In this document: piece after piece, positions 43,101 to 53,550 of the stretch
Position numbering within the stretch: the stretch's first letter is position 1
How the letters are laid out: every line of letters starts with the position of its first letter
Assembly (NCBI GenBank): GCA_034780895.1
Contig: JAUZTB010000098.1
Span: forward strand, 80,671,639 to 80,735,638
Reading direction: 5' to 3'
From: Rhynchobatus australiae
Lineage: Eukaryota
DNA length: 64,000 nucleotides
The notes under the pieces: generated by a model
What the model was told of the DNA's origin: nothing
What the model saw: the letters and a program-made list of their open reading frames with translations, nothing else
Database searches by the model: none
Translations under genes and position numbers: made by a program

Positions 43101-45629
43101 ACATATCCCCAAGGCTTCTCCCATGGGCCGTGTCTGGCAGAGGAGGGAACTCAGCACAAATAACTTGGAAATGCAATGTATTGATGTTGAAGCCAATGTC
43201 ATTTTTATTCCCTGCAATATCTGTGCAAGTTTTTTTTTAAATGTGTAAAAGATGTGTGAAATTCACTTGATGCTTTAAACCACTGCCAGCCAGTCACAAC
43301 AACTTCAGCTAGCTTAATCTGCACGTCACTCCACATCAGTTTGGCAGCCAAGTCACTTCTATTATAACACAAAGTCAGCAGATTTATACAAGATACCTCC
43401 TCAAAGGGGACAATGAGTACAAGTGTCCAACTGGTCACATGACAGGTCAATCACATGACCAGCTGAACAGGTTCCAATTGCTTGAAGGGGTCAGAAGGGA
43501 ACATCCTAGGGAATCGGTTTTACCCCCAGGACGTACCCCAGAGCCCTGGATTTTTTCATCCAAGGAGTTGTGTTATTGTGGGGTGAGACAGAAAGTTATG
43601 TAATTGGTCTACATTTCATTCATCTGCTGTTCAATGTCAAATATTTGTATTAAATGAGGCTTAACCCAAGGTTGGCAGCAATAAAAAGGCACAATATTCT
43701 CTGCTCTTGCAGGTCTGACGCTGAACATGGCAGATATGCACCAATCAAAAATAATCAAATTAATGAATCATGTAGGGTTTAAGAAGTCTAACAATCCCAA
43801 AGTTCCACTGTAGTAAAATGTGCAATTTTGCATGATAATTCTAGTAGAGATAATAGGGTGGCTGCGTCATAGCCTCAACAACCAGGTTCAACCCAAAGCT
43901 CTGGTTCTGTGTGTGTGGAGTTTGTAGGTTCGCCCAGTAATCAAATGGGTTTCCCCAGGTTGCTCTGGTTTCCTCCCACAGTGCAAAGATATGCTGGCTG
44001 GTAGACCGAGATATATCGCTCCCTAGTGAGTGTGGGTGGTAGGAGAATCAGAGGGGAATAAATGGGAATCTCCAATTGAGAAGGGAAAACGTGGAGGAAA
44101 TGGGATCACTCTGAGAACCAGCACAGACTCAGTGAGCCAAATGGCTACTTTCTCTGTCACGAGATAATATGAATACCCATACAATTTTCCAGATTAAACG
44201 CAACTGGCTCTTATGTCCTTAGCTGATAGGTGACTACAGTTCCACACTATACATCTAAAAATGAAACGCCTTTCTTTAGATCTTCAAGCTAACCTGGTCA
44301 AAATGATGAATGCAGTGGTTGCTCAAATCTTCAAAACCAATGGCAACAATAACCCCAGCCATCCTACAAAAGGATTAATCAACACGACTTGGACTTTTGT
44401 CCTTTCCTCCTCTACAAAATGCTGACAAGATCAAATGATAATCCCAAGGGAAAAGTGAAGTTCCATCACAGTTCACCTAGACATACTCAACCACTTTTCA
44501 ATTTATTATGCAACTCATCAATGAACAGTATTAAAGAACCACCTCGCAACTTAGTATTCTCTGAGGACCTTGTACTACAAGTCTTTAGAGCTGGAACATT
44601 ACTTTTAAATGAAACCCCGTTTTCNNNNNNNNNNNNNNNNNNNNNNNNNNNNNNNNNNNNNNNNNNNNNNNNNNNNNNNNNNNNNNNNNNNNNNNNNNNN
44701 NNNNNNNNNNNNNNNNNNNNNNNNNNNNNNNNNNNNNNNNNNNNNNNNNNNNNNNNNNNNNNNNNNNNNNNNNNNNNNNNNNNNNNNNNNNNNNNNNNNN
44801 NNNNNNNNNNNNNNNNNNNNNNNNNNNNNNNNNNNNNNNNNNNNNNNNNNNNNNNNNNNNNNNNNNNNNNNNNNNNNNNNNNNNNNNNNNNNNNNNNNNN
44901 NNNNNNNNNNNNNNNNNNNNNNNNNNNNNNNNNNNNNNNNNNNNNNNNNNNNNNNNNNNNNNNNNNNNNNNNNNNNNNNNNNNNNNNNNNNNNNNNNNNN
45001 NNNNNNNNNNNNNNNNNNNNNNNNNNNNNNNNNNNNNNNNNNNNNNNNNNNNNNNNNNNNNNNNNNNNNNNNNNNNNNNNNNNNNNNNNNNNNNNNNNNN
45101 NNNNNNNNNNNNNNNNNNNNNNNNNNNNNNNNNNNNNNNNNNNNNNNNNNNNNNNNNNNNNNNNNNNNNNNNNNNNNNNNNNNNNNNNNNNNNNNNNNNN
45201 NNNNNNNNNNNNNNNNNNNNNNNNNNNNNNNNNNNNNNNNNNNNNNNNNNNNNNNNNNNNNNNNNNNNNNNNNNNNNNNNNNNNNNNNNNNNNNNNNNNN
45301 NNNNNNNNNNNNNNNNNNNNNNNNNNNNNNNNNNNNNNNNNNNNNNNTCTAGCCGATATTTATTCCATTACAAACATAACAAATAAATTGTCAAAACTTC
45401 ACTGTCACCGAATTACAATACAGTTTCACTTCATAAACATTTTATTGGTCATGAAATGTCTTGAGACATCCAGAGATTATAAAAGACTAAATAAATACAA
45501 GTCCTCTTCTTTACGAAGAGCCATCCATTTTTGTTGCACAGAAGCTCTTACCTGATCGATTTCCATCAACTTGGGGAAGGCTCCCGGCCATTCAATGGCC
45601 ACCTTCACAATGTCCGATGGTGGTGGCAT
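10072..45629 (-). CDS. ELMO1: ELMO1-like gene (engulfment and cell motility), N-terminal 260 codons in 9 coding exons; 3' part lies beyond window start
   Basis: Hand-spliced exons of 78+41+73+51+170+36+100+152+79 = 780 nt give [108 protein letters not shown]...[10 protein letters not shown]. This is colinear with vertebrate ELMO1 and includes the [12 protein letters not shown] segment that ELMO2 lacks. Orthology versus paralogy is unresolved. Confidence 0.95.
11150..11490 (-). mobile_element. V-SINE (HE1-like)
   Basis: Reverse complement of the V-domain (gggaggaaactggagcaccc...ggtcacagggagaatgt..aaactcca). Confidence 0.85.
11715..13310 (-). mobile_element. Fragmented CR1 LINE (3' end at left)
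   Basis: The minus strand reads CVQFWASHW...LEGVQRGF (ORF 12239..12514) and [13 protein letters not shown] (ORF 13004..13288). CR1 tail near 11720-11800. Interrupted by gaps. Confidence 0.8.
13530..14900. mobile_element. Cluster of old CR1 3'-end fragments in both orientations
   Basis: CR1-tail-like sequence at ~13570-13720 (+), ~13930-14210 (-) and ~14400-14900 (-). Confidence 0.55.
14972..15123 (-). CDS. ELMO1: ELMO1-like coding exon 8 ([51 protein letters not shown]), 152 nt
   Basis: Acceptor tttactag|ATA; donor GG|GTAAGA. Confidence 0.97.
16170..17900 (-). mobile_element. Decayed LINE of the same family as 24730-26060
   Basis: Shares diagnostic blocks (ggtgagcc..cttgaatcactgcagtc; aactggatgtagcaggattgcagaac). 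ORF 16409..16648 [21 protein letters not shown] is a LINE ORF2 C-terminal remnant. Confidence 0.7.
18970..19327 (-). mobile_element. V-SINE (HE1-like), gap inside
   Basis: Same tail and head as the 11150-11490 copy. Confidence 0.75.
19340..19960 (-). mobile_element. Old CR1 3' fragment
   Basis: gccaccattcaattaaatcatggct...ctagatttccaccac...ctttaatctccc is typical reverse-strand CR1 3' sequence. Confidence 0.55.
20143..20242 (-). CDS. ELMO1: ELMO1-like coding exon 7 ([33 protein letters not shown]), 100 nt
   Basis: Lies inside ORF 20122..20409; acceptor tgtcttttcag|C TTC; donor AAG|GTACCA. Confidence 0.97.
22530..22870 (-). mobile_element. L2-type LINE 3' end
   Basis: Reverse-complement similarity to 39770-40115. 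Confidence 0.6.
24254..24402. repeat. Perfect 73-bp tandem duplication
   Basis: aattatatctttttccaaacc...ggcaacaagtc at 24254-24326 and again at 24327-24399. Confidence 0.95.
24730..26060 (-). mobile_element. Decayed LINE (CR1-group) RT region
   Basis: ORF 25316..25504 [26 protein letters not shown] matches the pre-RT motif KKxDKSNPxNYRPISLL. [12 protein letters not shown]-like remnant lies at ~25175-25210. Confidence 0.78.
26370..27185 (+). mobile_element. Rex1/Babar-type LINE, 5'-truncated
   Basis: [10 protein letters not shown] motif at ~26400-26423. ORF 26606..27031 (ERVSSFKFL...KKARLRLYF...[11 protein letters not shown]...LPSGRR) is typical of the Rex/Babar ORF C-terminus. Tail aataaacttgattctgat. 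Confidence 0.88.
28704..28739 (-). CDS. ELMO1: ELMO1-like coding exon 6 ([12 protein letters not shown]), 36 nt, symmetric phase 2-2
   Basis: Acceptor aatttttgcag|A CGG; donor TG|GTAAGA; peptide matches the ELMO1-type segment. Confidence 0.95.
29150..30320 (-). mobile_element. Several old CR1 3'-end fragments
   Basis: ORFs 29810..30082 ([11 protein letters not shown]...KG) and 30110..30316 (MWNSLP...[14 protein letters not shown]) are CR1 C-terminal remnants. Confidence 0.6.
30620..30938 (-). mobile_element. DeuSINE (SacSINE1-like) remnant
   Basis: gaaagacggcacctctga...gcagaagccaatttgtgcatagcaagctcccacaaac...ccttctgactca.aggtgagaatgctac. Confidence 0.65.
35177..35346 (-). CDS. ELMO1: ELMO1-like coding exon 5 ([57 protein letters not shown]), 170 nt
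   Basis: Acceptor acttttctag|ACA; donor GA|GTAAGT; near-identical to ELMO1. Confidence 0.97.
35770..36010 (+). mobile_element. DeuSINE (SacSINE1-like) remnant
   Basis: gtagtgctgaggggatgctgccctgtca...ctctcaggtcaacataaaagacctcatggcattatt resembles the Deu-domain. Minus-strand copies at ~30620-30935 and ~36400-36680. Confidence 0.65.
36885..36935 (-). CDS. ELMO1: ELMO1-like coding exon 4 ([17 protein letters not shown]), 51 nt
   Basis: Acceptor attctccttcag|AAC; donor CCA|GTAAGT. Confidence 0.96.
37330..38045 (+). mobile_element. Penelope-like fragment (RT C-terminus to GIY-YIG region)
   Basis: Remnants PCNSRR*NICP (~37858-37890) and [13 protein letters not shown] (cf. CTSSNLVYCIxC). Confidence 0.7.
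38630..38915 (+). mobile_element. CR1 3' end
   Basis: [10 protein letters not shown]...LWNSL in ORF 38644..38865; tail gagggaccgagtggcctac. Confidence 0.7.
39770..40115 (+). mobile_element. L2-type LINE 3' end
   Basis: ttaaaattctc...ggccgccatgtctt...tggaacttactccctaaac...ggctcggtgtcaaattctgtttgataac...gtgaagccctttgg...aaggtgcta. Similar copies at ~4590-4950 (+) and ~22530-22870 (-). Confidence 0.72.
40843..40915 (-). CDS. ELMO1: ELMO1-like coding exon 3 ([24 protein letters not shown]), 73 nt, GC donor
   Basis: Long T-tract acceptor tttttactttaag|C TGG; ends AAG|GCAAGA; phase 2 to 0 fits both neighbours. Confidence 0.94.
42196..42236 (-). CDS. ELMO1: ELMO1-like coding exon 2 ([14 protein letters not shown]), 41 nt
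   Basis: Acceptor ttttatgcag|AAA; donor GG|GTAAGT; phase 0 to 2. Confidence 0.96.
43431..43462. promoter_or_regulatory. Paired M-box/CLEAR-like E-boxes in an ELMO intron
   Basis: ctgGTCACATGACaggtcaaTCACATGACcag contains two TCACATGA (= TCATGTGA) sites 16 bp apart. Motif match only. Confidence 0.35.
43850..44165 (+). mobile_element. V-SINE (HE1-like)
   Basis: tgtgtggagtttgtaggttcgccc...gctctggtttcctcccaca..caaagatatg. Confidence 0.8.
45552..45629 (-). CDS. ELMO1: ELMO1-like first coding exon ([26 protein letters not shown]); exon probably extends to 45649 as 5'UTR
   Basis: ATG at 45629-45627; donor CAG|GTAAGA; acceptor ttttcttcag| 20 nt upstream of the ATG. Confidence 0.97.
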
Positions 45630-46110
45630 CTTAATGACTTATACACTCACTGAAGAAAACAGAAGAAGTTGCCTCGGTGTGCAAGTGACCCGAGTCTCAC
45701 CCAATCCTAAAACAGACACAAAAGTGAACAGTGTTGGAAAGAGATGAAACCTTTGCCTAGATAAATTCATTGAACCCGAGGTGCATTCACAGTGCCCTGT
45801 AACCATAATTACCAGGTAATAATATGGAGGGCTAATCCCATGTGCGTGTAACATCTTGGTCTCCAAAAGCATTGACCGAGCAGCAGCAGGGACTCCAGAG
45901 AATAAGGGAGCCCCATATCCAAATCCCTCCAAAAGCTAACAGCTGCCAAAGCTCTGTACCAAGATTTATTGACTGTAACACCTGCACAAGGTTTAATAGT
46001 TTTTAGAATGTCACTGACATTGAGACTTAAACCTGTCCTAAGTGATTGTTAAAAAGAAATCAAAACATATTTAAAATAGGTTGATCTGAAATAATTCCTG
46101 TGCAACTTAC

Positions 46111-46181
46111 CTTCCACATTGCCTCTGCTCTACAAACTCCATTGGAATTAGCAAGGTCACAGATCCTGCACCAGGCTTAAC
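46111..46181 (-). other. Candidate 5'UTR exon of the ELMO1-like gene (71 nt)
   Basis: Acceptor tattgcttcag|GTT and a strong donor AAG|GTAAGT, about 460 nt upstream of the first coding exon. Splice signals only. Confidence 0.35.
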
Positions 46182-49100
46182 CTGAAGCAATATTTCAGAG
46201 GCAGTTCCCCAGAGTGTTTGGGGGGAAATCTTAGCAGGACTGAGGTCTGCTGCTGGATTCCATGGGGAACCCAACAGCAGAGCACACTATCAAATGGAGT
46301 GTTCCACATCTGGCATTACATCCAGAATTTACTGCCACTTAAACAACTAAATGTTCCAAGCTCTATTCAGAATTGCCCGGCACAGGACAGTGACTTTGGT
46401 CTGCTGTGTTACTGACTGCAGTAAGATTCAACAATGCCCAAGGGAGCACCAAGTAGTGCTGGCCATTGGCACTTCTTGCATAGGACCATGGTTTGCATTT
46501 CAGTAGGTTGTTTGACAACAATGAAAATTCATTAACATTAGTATCTTTAATATCCAATGTTTTTCACAGCATGTGACAAGTATAAATCTCTGGTGCTCCC
46601 ACCTCTCTCCCCTTCAAGTCTTTATAAAGCCCATCTCTTTAACTAATTCTTTTGTCTGATTACATTTCTTGAAGCACCTTGAGACTTCTACTATGTTATT
46701 TGCAAAGGCTGCAAATAAACAAGATTTCATATTTGAAGAATTGGTTCTAGACCGGCTTAACACATATAACCACTTAGTTGCTAAATCCCACTGAGACAGC
46801 CAATTGGCACACCAGCACCAGAACTAGAAACTGGTGAACAAGCAATTCAAAAAGCAGAACTAAAAACTGGAAACTAGTAACAGAGATATTTAAAATTGTG
46901 AATTACTCCTAGTATGGATGGTAGGAGACTCGGGGAGAGTTGATGTGCATACAAGAGAGAACAGGTTTCAGGGAAACAAACAGGGGATCGATGGGATTGC
47001 TTTGATTGCCAGTNNNNNNNNNNNNNNNNNNNNNNNNNNNNNNNNNNNNNNNNNNNNNNNNNNNNNNNNNNNNNNNNNNNNNNNNNNNNNNNNNNNNNNN
47101 NNNNNNNNNNNNNNNNNNNNNNNNNNNNNNNNNNNNNNNNNNNNNNNNNNNNNNNNNNNNNNNNNNNNTAGTGACAAATCCAGATATTTAGTTTCTTAGG
47201 TAACATGAGGTTAACTGGACATTTCCACTATGTACTTCTTTATAAATATCTGAAATGATTGCTGAATAGATGTTATTCTAACAACTCTGAGATTTCCATT
47301 AGTTGCAAACATCAGGAGGTTTAGAACATTCATTCTTTTAATTGTTACATATTAAAAGTATGTGCACAAATACTTGCATAATATAAATGCGAAAAAAGCT
47401 TTGATTGATTCTTACTGATAAACCAGTGTTGTATTTTTTTTAATGTCGATGTGATTTAACCAGTCAAAAATCTACTTCAAGACCAGACATTAAGTCATGT
47501 GCCTCTTCATTCTGAAACTTTTGCTGTGATAGAACTCAATGTTGCAACACCACCCACTCAATTATTACAGTATAGACCAGATCACCATCCAAACAACTCC
47601 AAATGTCAAACTTCTTGCCACCCCCAGGCAGTGATGTGCAGGGGAGGCTGCATGCAACTTCTCTCCCTTCTGCAGGAATAAGCAGATATCACCAAAAATG
47701 CTCTTTAGGTAAAAGAGAAAAAAAAATACTCAAGGAATGTTGAATCTTACATCAGATTTTCAGACAAAAGGCATTTCTAATGGAGAACAGGGGCATTTGG
47801 GAACAGGGGTTGCAAGCTGATGCAGACTAAGGGAATCCTTGATTATCAATAGGCTGGTCCAACTACCCTTCCATACTTCACTCCAGGGCTACAAGAACCT
47901 TCTTCACTTTACCAGCTCCCCCATGCTCTACCACTGACCACCTGCATTTCCTGTGCAACCATCTTTTGTTTCTCTACTTTTTCCATTATCATTTTACCTT
48001 GAACCATCATCTCTTTCATACTTTAATCACTCCCAGCCAATCATGGAGCTTTCTCCCCAAACCAAACTCCACACATCCCTGGAATTGCCCCTATAATACA
48101 CCAGATGAACACTTGAATTGCTTAGGCAGAGAAGGCAATGTACCAAGTGCTGGGAGATGGAATATGGAAGGGTGCCCACTGGTCAGCATGGACGTGTTGG
48201 GCTGAATGGCCTATTTTCATGGTGTACAATTCTATTAGAATCTATTAGACTCCATTAGAATCACTGAAGCTCACAGCACAAGAGAGGAACATCATACCAG
48301 TGCCGACTCTTGGAAAGAGTAGCCATGGTTAGTCCCACACCCTGACCATAACCCTGCATCTTGCTGAACCACGACCCTTTTAAAAATTATTTATGAAATC
48401 ACCACCTTATCAAGTAGTGTGTCATAGATCCCAATAGCCTCAGACTCTCCAAAGCTTTTGAATCCATGACTTTTCCTGGGCCAATTGCCAGGGAGAATCA
48501 CTCTCTTACAAAACTTATATTGAAAACTAACCTTCTCAGTTCAACCAGTACAGTCCCAGTTTTTCCTATCTTCCCTCACAGAATTTTTTTTTATGGCTAA
48601 TGCAGAGGTGGATCAACCAGTATAACATTTAGTTAGTAAAGCCAGATATTTGCATCAGGAGTAGTGGAATGGATTAAAAACAGAAAATGATGGAAACACT
48701 CAGCAGGTCAAGCAGCATCGGTGGAAAGGTAACAGACAATATTGAAGGGTGACGGCTCCTCATTTGAACTGGGGAAAGTGAGATAACAATAAATATTTAG
48801 TTGCAAAATGGGTGGGGGACTGACAGATAGGGCAGAAGGAAGATTTTTCATTGGGTGAGGCCAAAGTGGCTAAAGTGATCCCAGAATCCAAAATTGAATA
48901 CATGTGTATATATATAAGTATTATTGTCACACTCATAACACAGAACTATACAAGCAGAAATGAGATAGTATCAATTTCAATAATTTAATTCAGACCATTT
49001 ATTTCCAAGAACTGGTGGTGCTACCCACAGGAAATCAAATTCACAAGGAGGAGCATTAAGTGAAAAGTAACTAAATTTATACAAGGCTTTTCTATGCCTC

Positions 49101-49512
49101 ACTGGTTCTGAGCACTCTATTAGAGTCACTGGATTTACATCAACAATGAGAGGCTATAGTTATGAAAACATTGGCTGGAGCAGAAAAGAAAAAGTTAATC
49201 ATAATGCAAATCTTCAAAATTATGCAAGCACTGAGACGGTAAATAATGAAAGATTGCTTCCACCAGTGGCAAATAATTAACCAGGTGGCTCAGTATTTAC
49301 CAATTTAACATTATCGATTACTATGAAAGGAGTACCTTTTGAAATGTAAAGCACTTTAGGATGCCCTGGGAACATGAAAGGAGTTGTACAAGTGTCAAAT
49401 TTATCTTCTTTCATCTCATCACCAGGAGAATGGAAGGGCAAGTTGGACAAAATTATTTCCTAACAGAGGGTGATCATTTGGAACAACAGAATGTTTTACC
49501 TCAAGTGACTAT

Positions 49513-50295
49513 TGTTACGAACCAGCAACAAAAGAAACACACCAAGTCATGCATAAGTGTTTAAAACTACTTATGATAATAAAGAAAATAAAAGTAAAAA
49601 CATTAGAGTGTTAGAAGTAAAACTGTTAAATCTTAAACTTTAACCCCAAAAACTAAACTCGAAGTGTGTATGTGGCCAACTCCCAAACTCCAATTCCAGG
49701 AATGGTTCTTAAAGTTCAGTTCAGCAAGCCATAAGGTGAAACGTGAGCAAAGGCTTCTTCAGCAACCACCGTTGACTGAAGACAAAACGTAGAGAGAAAA
49801 TAGAGAGTAATTACAAAATCCAAATGTTCCACTTTGGAACCCAAATAGCACCTCAGTGTCTACTCAGCAGTGACTACTCCACCGCATCTACCTCAATCTG
49901 AAAGGCACTCGAATTGTGGCCGTCCACACAAATACCTGTTTCCTTCTACAGGTCAACAATAAAGTGGACTCCACTGCTTTGTTCCGAAGTATCTGCCACG
50001 CCAAAAGGCATCCGAGATGTGGCCGTCCACACAAATAGCTGTTTCCTTCTACAGGTTAACGACAAAGTGGACTTCACTGGATTATTCCAAAAATCCATAC
50101 GTGGATTGTAGTGACAGACACAGTTATTGTTTTCCATCCATCGATAGAGACTAGCAGGCTGGTGTCTCTCTCGCTCTCTCCTCTCTGACTGACTCCGACA
50201 GTTGGCTCCAAAAATGTCATTACATCCTTTATCTTCTGTTGTCGTACCAAGCCACACACACACAAACAACTCCATCTTAAAGGGACATTCACCAA
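49513..50295. mobile_element. Young LTR-like insertion (probably a truncated solo LTR) with an internal ~103-bp duplication
   Basis: Starts TGTTACGA and interrupts an old CR1-like tail. CpG-rich relative to the flanks. tgtggccgtccacacaaata..tgtttccttctacagg..aac..aaagtggact occurs at 49915 and 50018. No clear TSD. Confidence 0.55.
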
Positions 50296-53214
50296 AAGTG
50301 CGATTTGAAACTTAATCATTATAAAAAAAGTACCTGGTAAATGGTTATCATTGTAGTCATACAGCTCTGAAACAGCAAATCAGAGGCCAACAGCTCAAAA
50401 CCCAACAATGGCAATTCACACTGAAATAATTCTTCACTGTAAAACTATTCATTAATGTCCCCAAGAGAAGAAAAACAGTCATGCCAATGCATTCCAACCT
50501 AGAATGCCTCAAAGTACCTTCATCAACTCATGAAGTGGTCAAGCAAACCAGAGATGTACAAATAACATTTTTTGACAGACCACCAGCTTCTGAAGGGAAC
50601 TCTGGATGCCGCCACCCTCTGAACCAAAGAGTGGACAGTCATAATTCAAAGTTTAGCACTGATTCAGTTACCATGTGCCCAATGACTGCCCTGGACTCTG
50701 TTCCTTCTGTATTACTTCTTTCCCTTCTCACAGGCCATTAGATTGGATGAAAGTCACTGAACTCTCGTGCACTGACGTGGACATACCTCACAGTAAAGGG
50801 GAGATAACTTACTCCTGAAGTACAGAGGAGGGAACAAAGCCTGCTAAATAAGACAATAAATCTTCATCTACAGATTACTGGAAGTGTAATTGTGCATCAA
50901 TGACATCAACCAACCTTTGCACAGAGCAAAATCAGCAATTTGTTGAAAGGAAGGAGTACATTTGTGAGCTGTGAGATGCCAGAAATTACCTGACAATTTC
51001 TGCTCCTCTGCTATGAGCAAAAATTGAAGCCCACTGGCAATCTCTCATGGTACCAAGAAGTCCCTGGATTTGCACCACATATATGAAGTTAAGAAATTAT
51101 TGCACAGCACTAGCACCACAATGGAGATGTGATTAATGATCCTGCAAAACCACAACCTAGGTAGACCAGGAAAATAGCTAATTCTGTAGATTCTCAGTCC
51201 TGCAGTATTATTTTTCATCCAATCTGTTTCCTTTCAGTTTTTTTCTTCTCTCTTCCTATTTCACTTTCTGTTTGGAAAAGGAGTCCCATTCATATTTCCC
51301 AGTTTCCTGTGATATCTCTAAATCTGGTGCAGGAGAGTGTTGGTCACAATTTGCACAATGAACACAAGTACCCCATGACCCACCATTTGCAGCACCAACA
51401 CCCAACTCTCCAGATGGAGGTAATGCTTGGAGATAATGCATCTGCCCTATACTATAAACGCTGGCATTACAACTGGACTCCGAGTGGTGCTTTGGGAAGG
51501 GGTTGAGAGGCTGAAATAGAACAGCAGCATTCCTGATTACCACGCAATGGAGGCCGTGCATTTGGATACCTAACACATAGAAAACGGGATGGACAGCCTC
51601 TGCTTCATACCATCACAGCTAACCAATTAGGATCAGAAAATGGAGACACAAGACACTGAAGATGCTANNNNNNNNNNNNNNNNNNNNNNNNNNNNNNNNN
51701 NNNNNNNNNNNNNNNNNNNNNNNNNNNNNNNNNNNNNNNNNNNNNNNNNNNNNNNNNNNNNNNNNNNACAAGACACTGAAGATGCTAGAATCTGAAGCCA
51801 AACAAACAGCTGGAGGAACTCAGTGGGTCAGGCAGAATCTATGCAGGGTCCAAACCCTGCATCAGGGCTCCAGCAGTTTACTTTTAGTTCTAGGACCAAA
51901 GAATGCTCAAATTTAGACAAGATAACAACCCTCCTCCCGGCCCCCATCTCCCTCCTCGAGAAATATAGGACAGCTTGCAATGAGGGTGGTGAGGGTAGGA
52001 AACATTAAAAATCAGCTGGGAGGAAGAAATTATTAAGACGTCATCAGTGCACATTCTTATCCCCGATATAATCAAAAAACACTACAAATTGCACACTTAA
52101 CTCCATTAAAGTATTTGCTCCTAATCATTTGCAGGAAACGAGATCAGTGCGAAAGCAAATCTCTGATCTCAAGGTACCAGGGGACACAGCAAATTCTTTG
52201 GACAAAACAATTTCTGAACCATTACTATGAGCTCAGCACATTCTGGCTGCGATTGCTGTAGAACTCGTGCTTGTTGTTTCTCCAATTCAGCCACTGAGGT
52301 CAATAAGTGTGCAATGTGATGTCTGCGGCAATAACAGATCCTTTATGAAAGGATGGCAATGGATAACCACAAACAAGCAGCAGCAGTTGAAACATCCAAG
52401 AATTAGATCAGCTCCCATAGAATGCATGATTGATCCTGTACACTCACACGTCACTAAACTCAGAATAAGACACAATGATTAAGTGAAAAGCAAACCATTT
52501 CATCCCTCTGATATTTAGTTGGACCAAATATACATTCGCTATCATAACATCCTGACCATGCACCATTTTTTCCTTCTAAATAACATTCCAATTGGGATGT
52601 AATCTTACATTAGAATCAAGGCACGAGCTCAAAAACAACTCAGCTTTCCTGACTTCTTTTNNNNNNCTTCTTTTTTTACCCTTTGTTTTTATCTCAGTCA
52701 CAAAGTGGGAGCACACCTGCCATGCACAATGCTCTGTGGGTCTGAGACTGTAATAATATTCAAATAATTTAGCTGGAAAGCTCACTAAACAAAAATATGT
52801 ACTCAGAATACCAGCTGTCCCAATGAGAAGGCTGCTAGCAGTCCCAAGGAATTCGCAACTCCTTCAAAGTAATGGCCTGTGACATCATCAGGCACTTGCA
52901 GGGTGGGCAAGGTGGGTGGGGGAAGGAAAGCACATGTGTGTTACTGAGTGTGAAGAAGCGGGGTTGGTTTTCATCCAAAAGGTTGGATATCACTAACATA
53001 CACGATTAACAAGTCATAATTCTAAAACAGTAATTGTCAGAATTCATCATCGCACTATACTCACAACCAGTGCAAAGAGGCTGATACGTGCAAAAAAGTT
53101 AACAAATAAAGTAATTAGATAGTAACTGACAGAATTAAAAGAGTATCTTTACTCAAGAAAATGATAAAGTGATACTTTGTATTGCACAATTAGAAGTAGT
53201 CAGAACTTTGCAGA

Positions 53215-53550
53215 ATAGTCTTATCTGGATGCATCACAGCTTGGTATGGCAACTGCTCTGCCTGAGACCGCAAGAAACTTCAGGAGAGTTGTGGACACAG
53301 CTCAGCACATCACGGAAACCAGCCTCCCTTCCATGGACNNNNNNNNNNNNACTACTCGCTGCCTCAGTAAAGCAGCCAACATAATCAAAGACCCCACCCA
53401 CTCCAGACAGTCTCTCTTCTCTCCCCTCCCATCGAGAAGATACAAAAACCTGAAAGGACATACCACCGAGCTCAAGGACAGCTTCTATCTTGCTGTTATA
53501 AGACGACTGAACAGTCCGCTAGTACAGCAAGATGGACTCCGTTTGTTACT
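53215..53550 (+). mobile_element. Rex1/Babar-type LINE 3' fragment
   Basis: GCITAWYGNCS remnant and RCLSKAANIIKDPTH...LPSRRY in ORF 53246..53614. Confidence 0.8.

Noticed and set aside
44389-45555. Longest ORF in the track (388 aa) and other X-rich ORFs (e.g. 30882-31340, 46874-47206)
   Set aside because: They are open only because they run through N-gaps; the real flanking residues resemble no protein I recognise.
52220-52325. Minus-strand frame HIAHLLTSVAELEKQQARVLQQSQPECAEL, which looks coiled-coil-like
   Set aside because: Weak splice sites and no recognisable homolog.
52870-52970. G-rich GGGTGGG cluster as a possible ELMO promoter or G-quadruplex
   Set aside because: No CpG island, no obvious first-exon donor, and it is too short to support a call.
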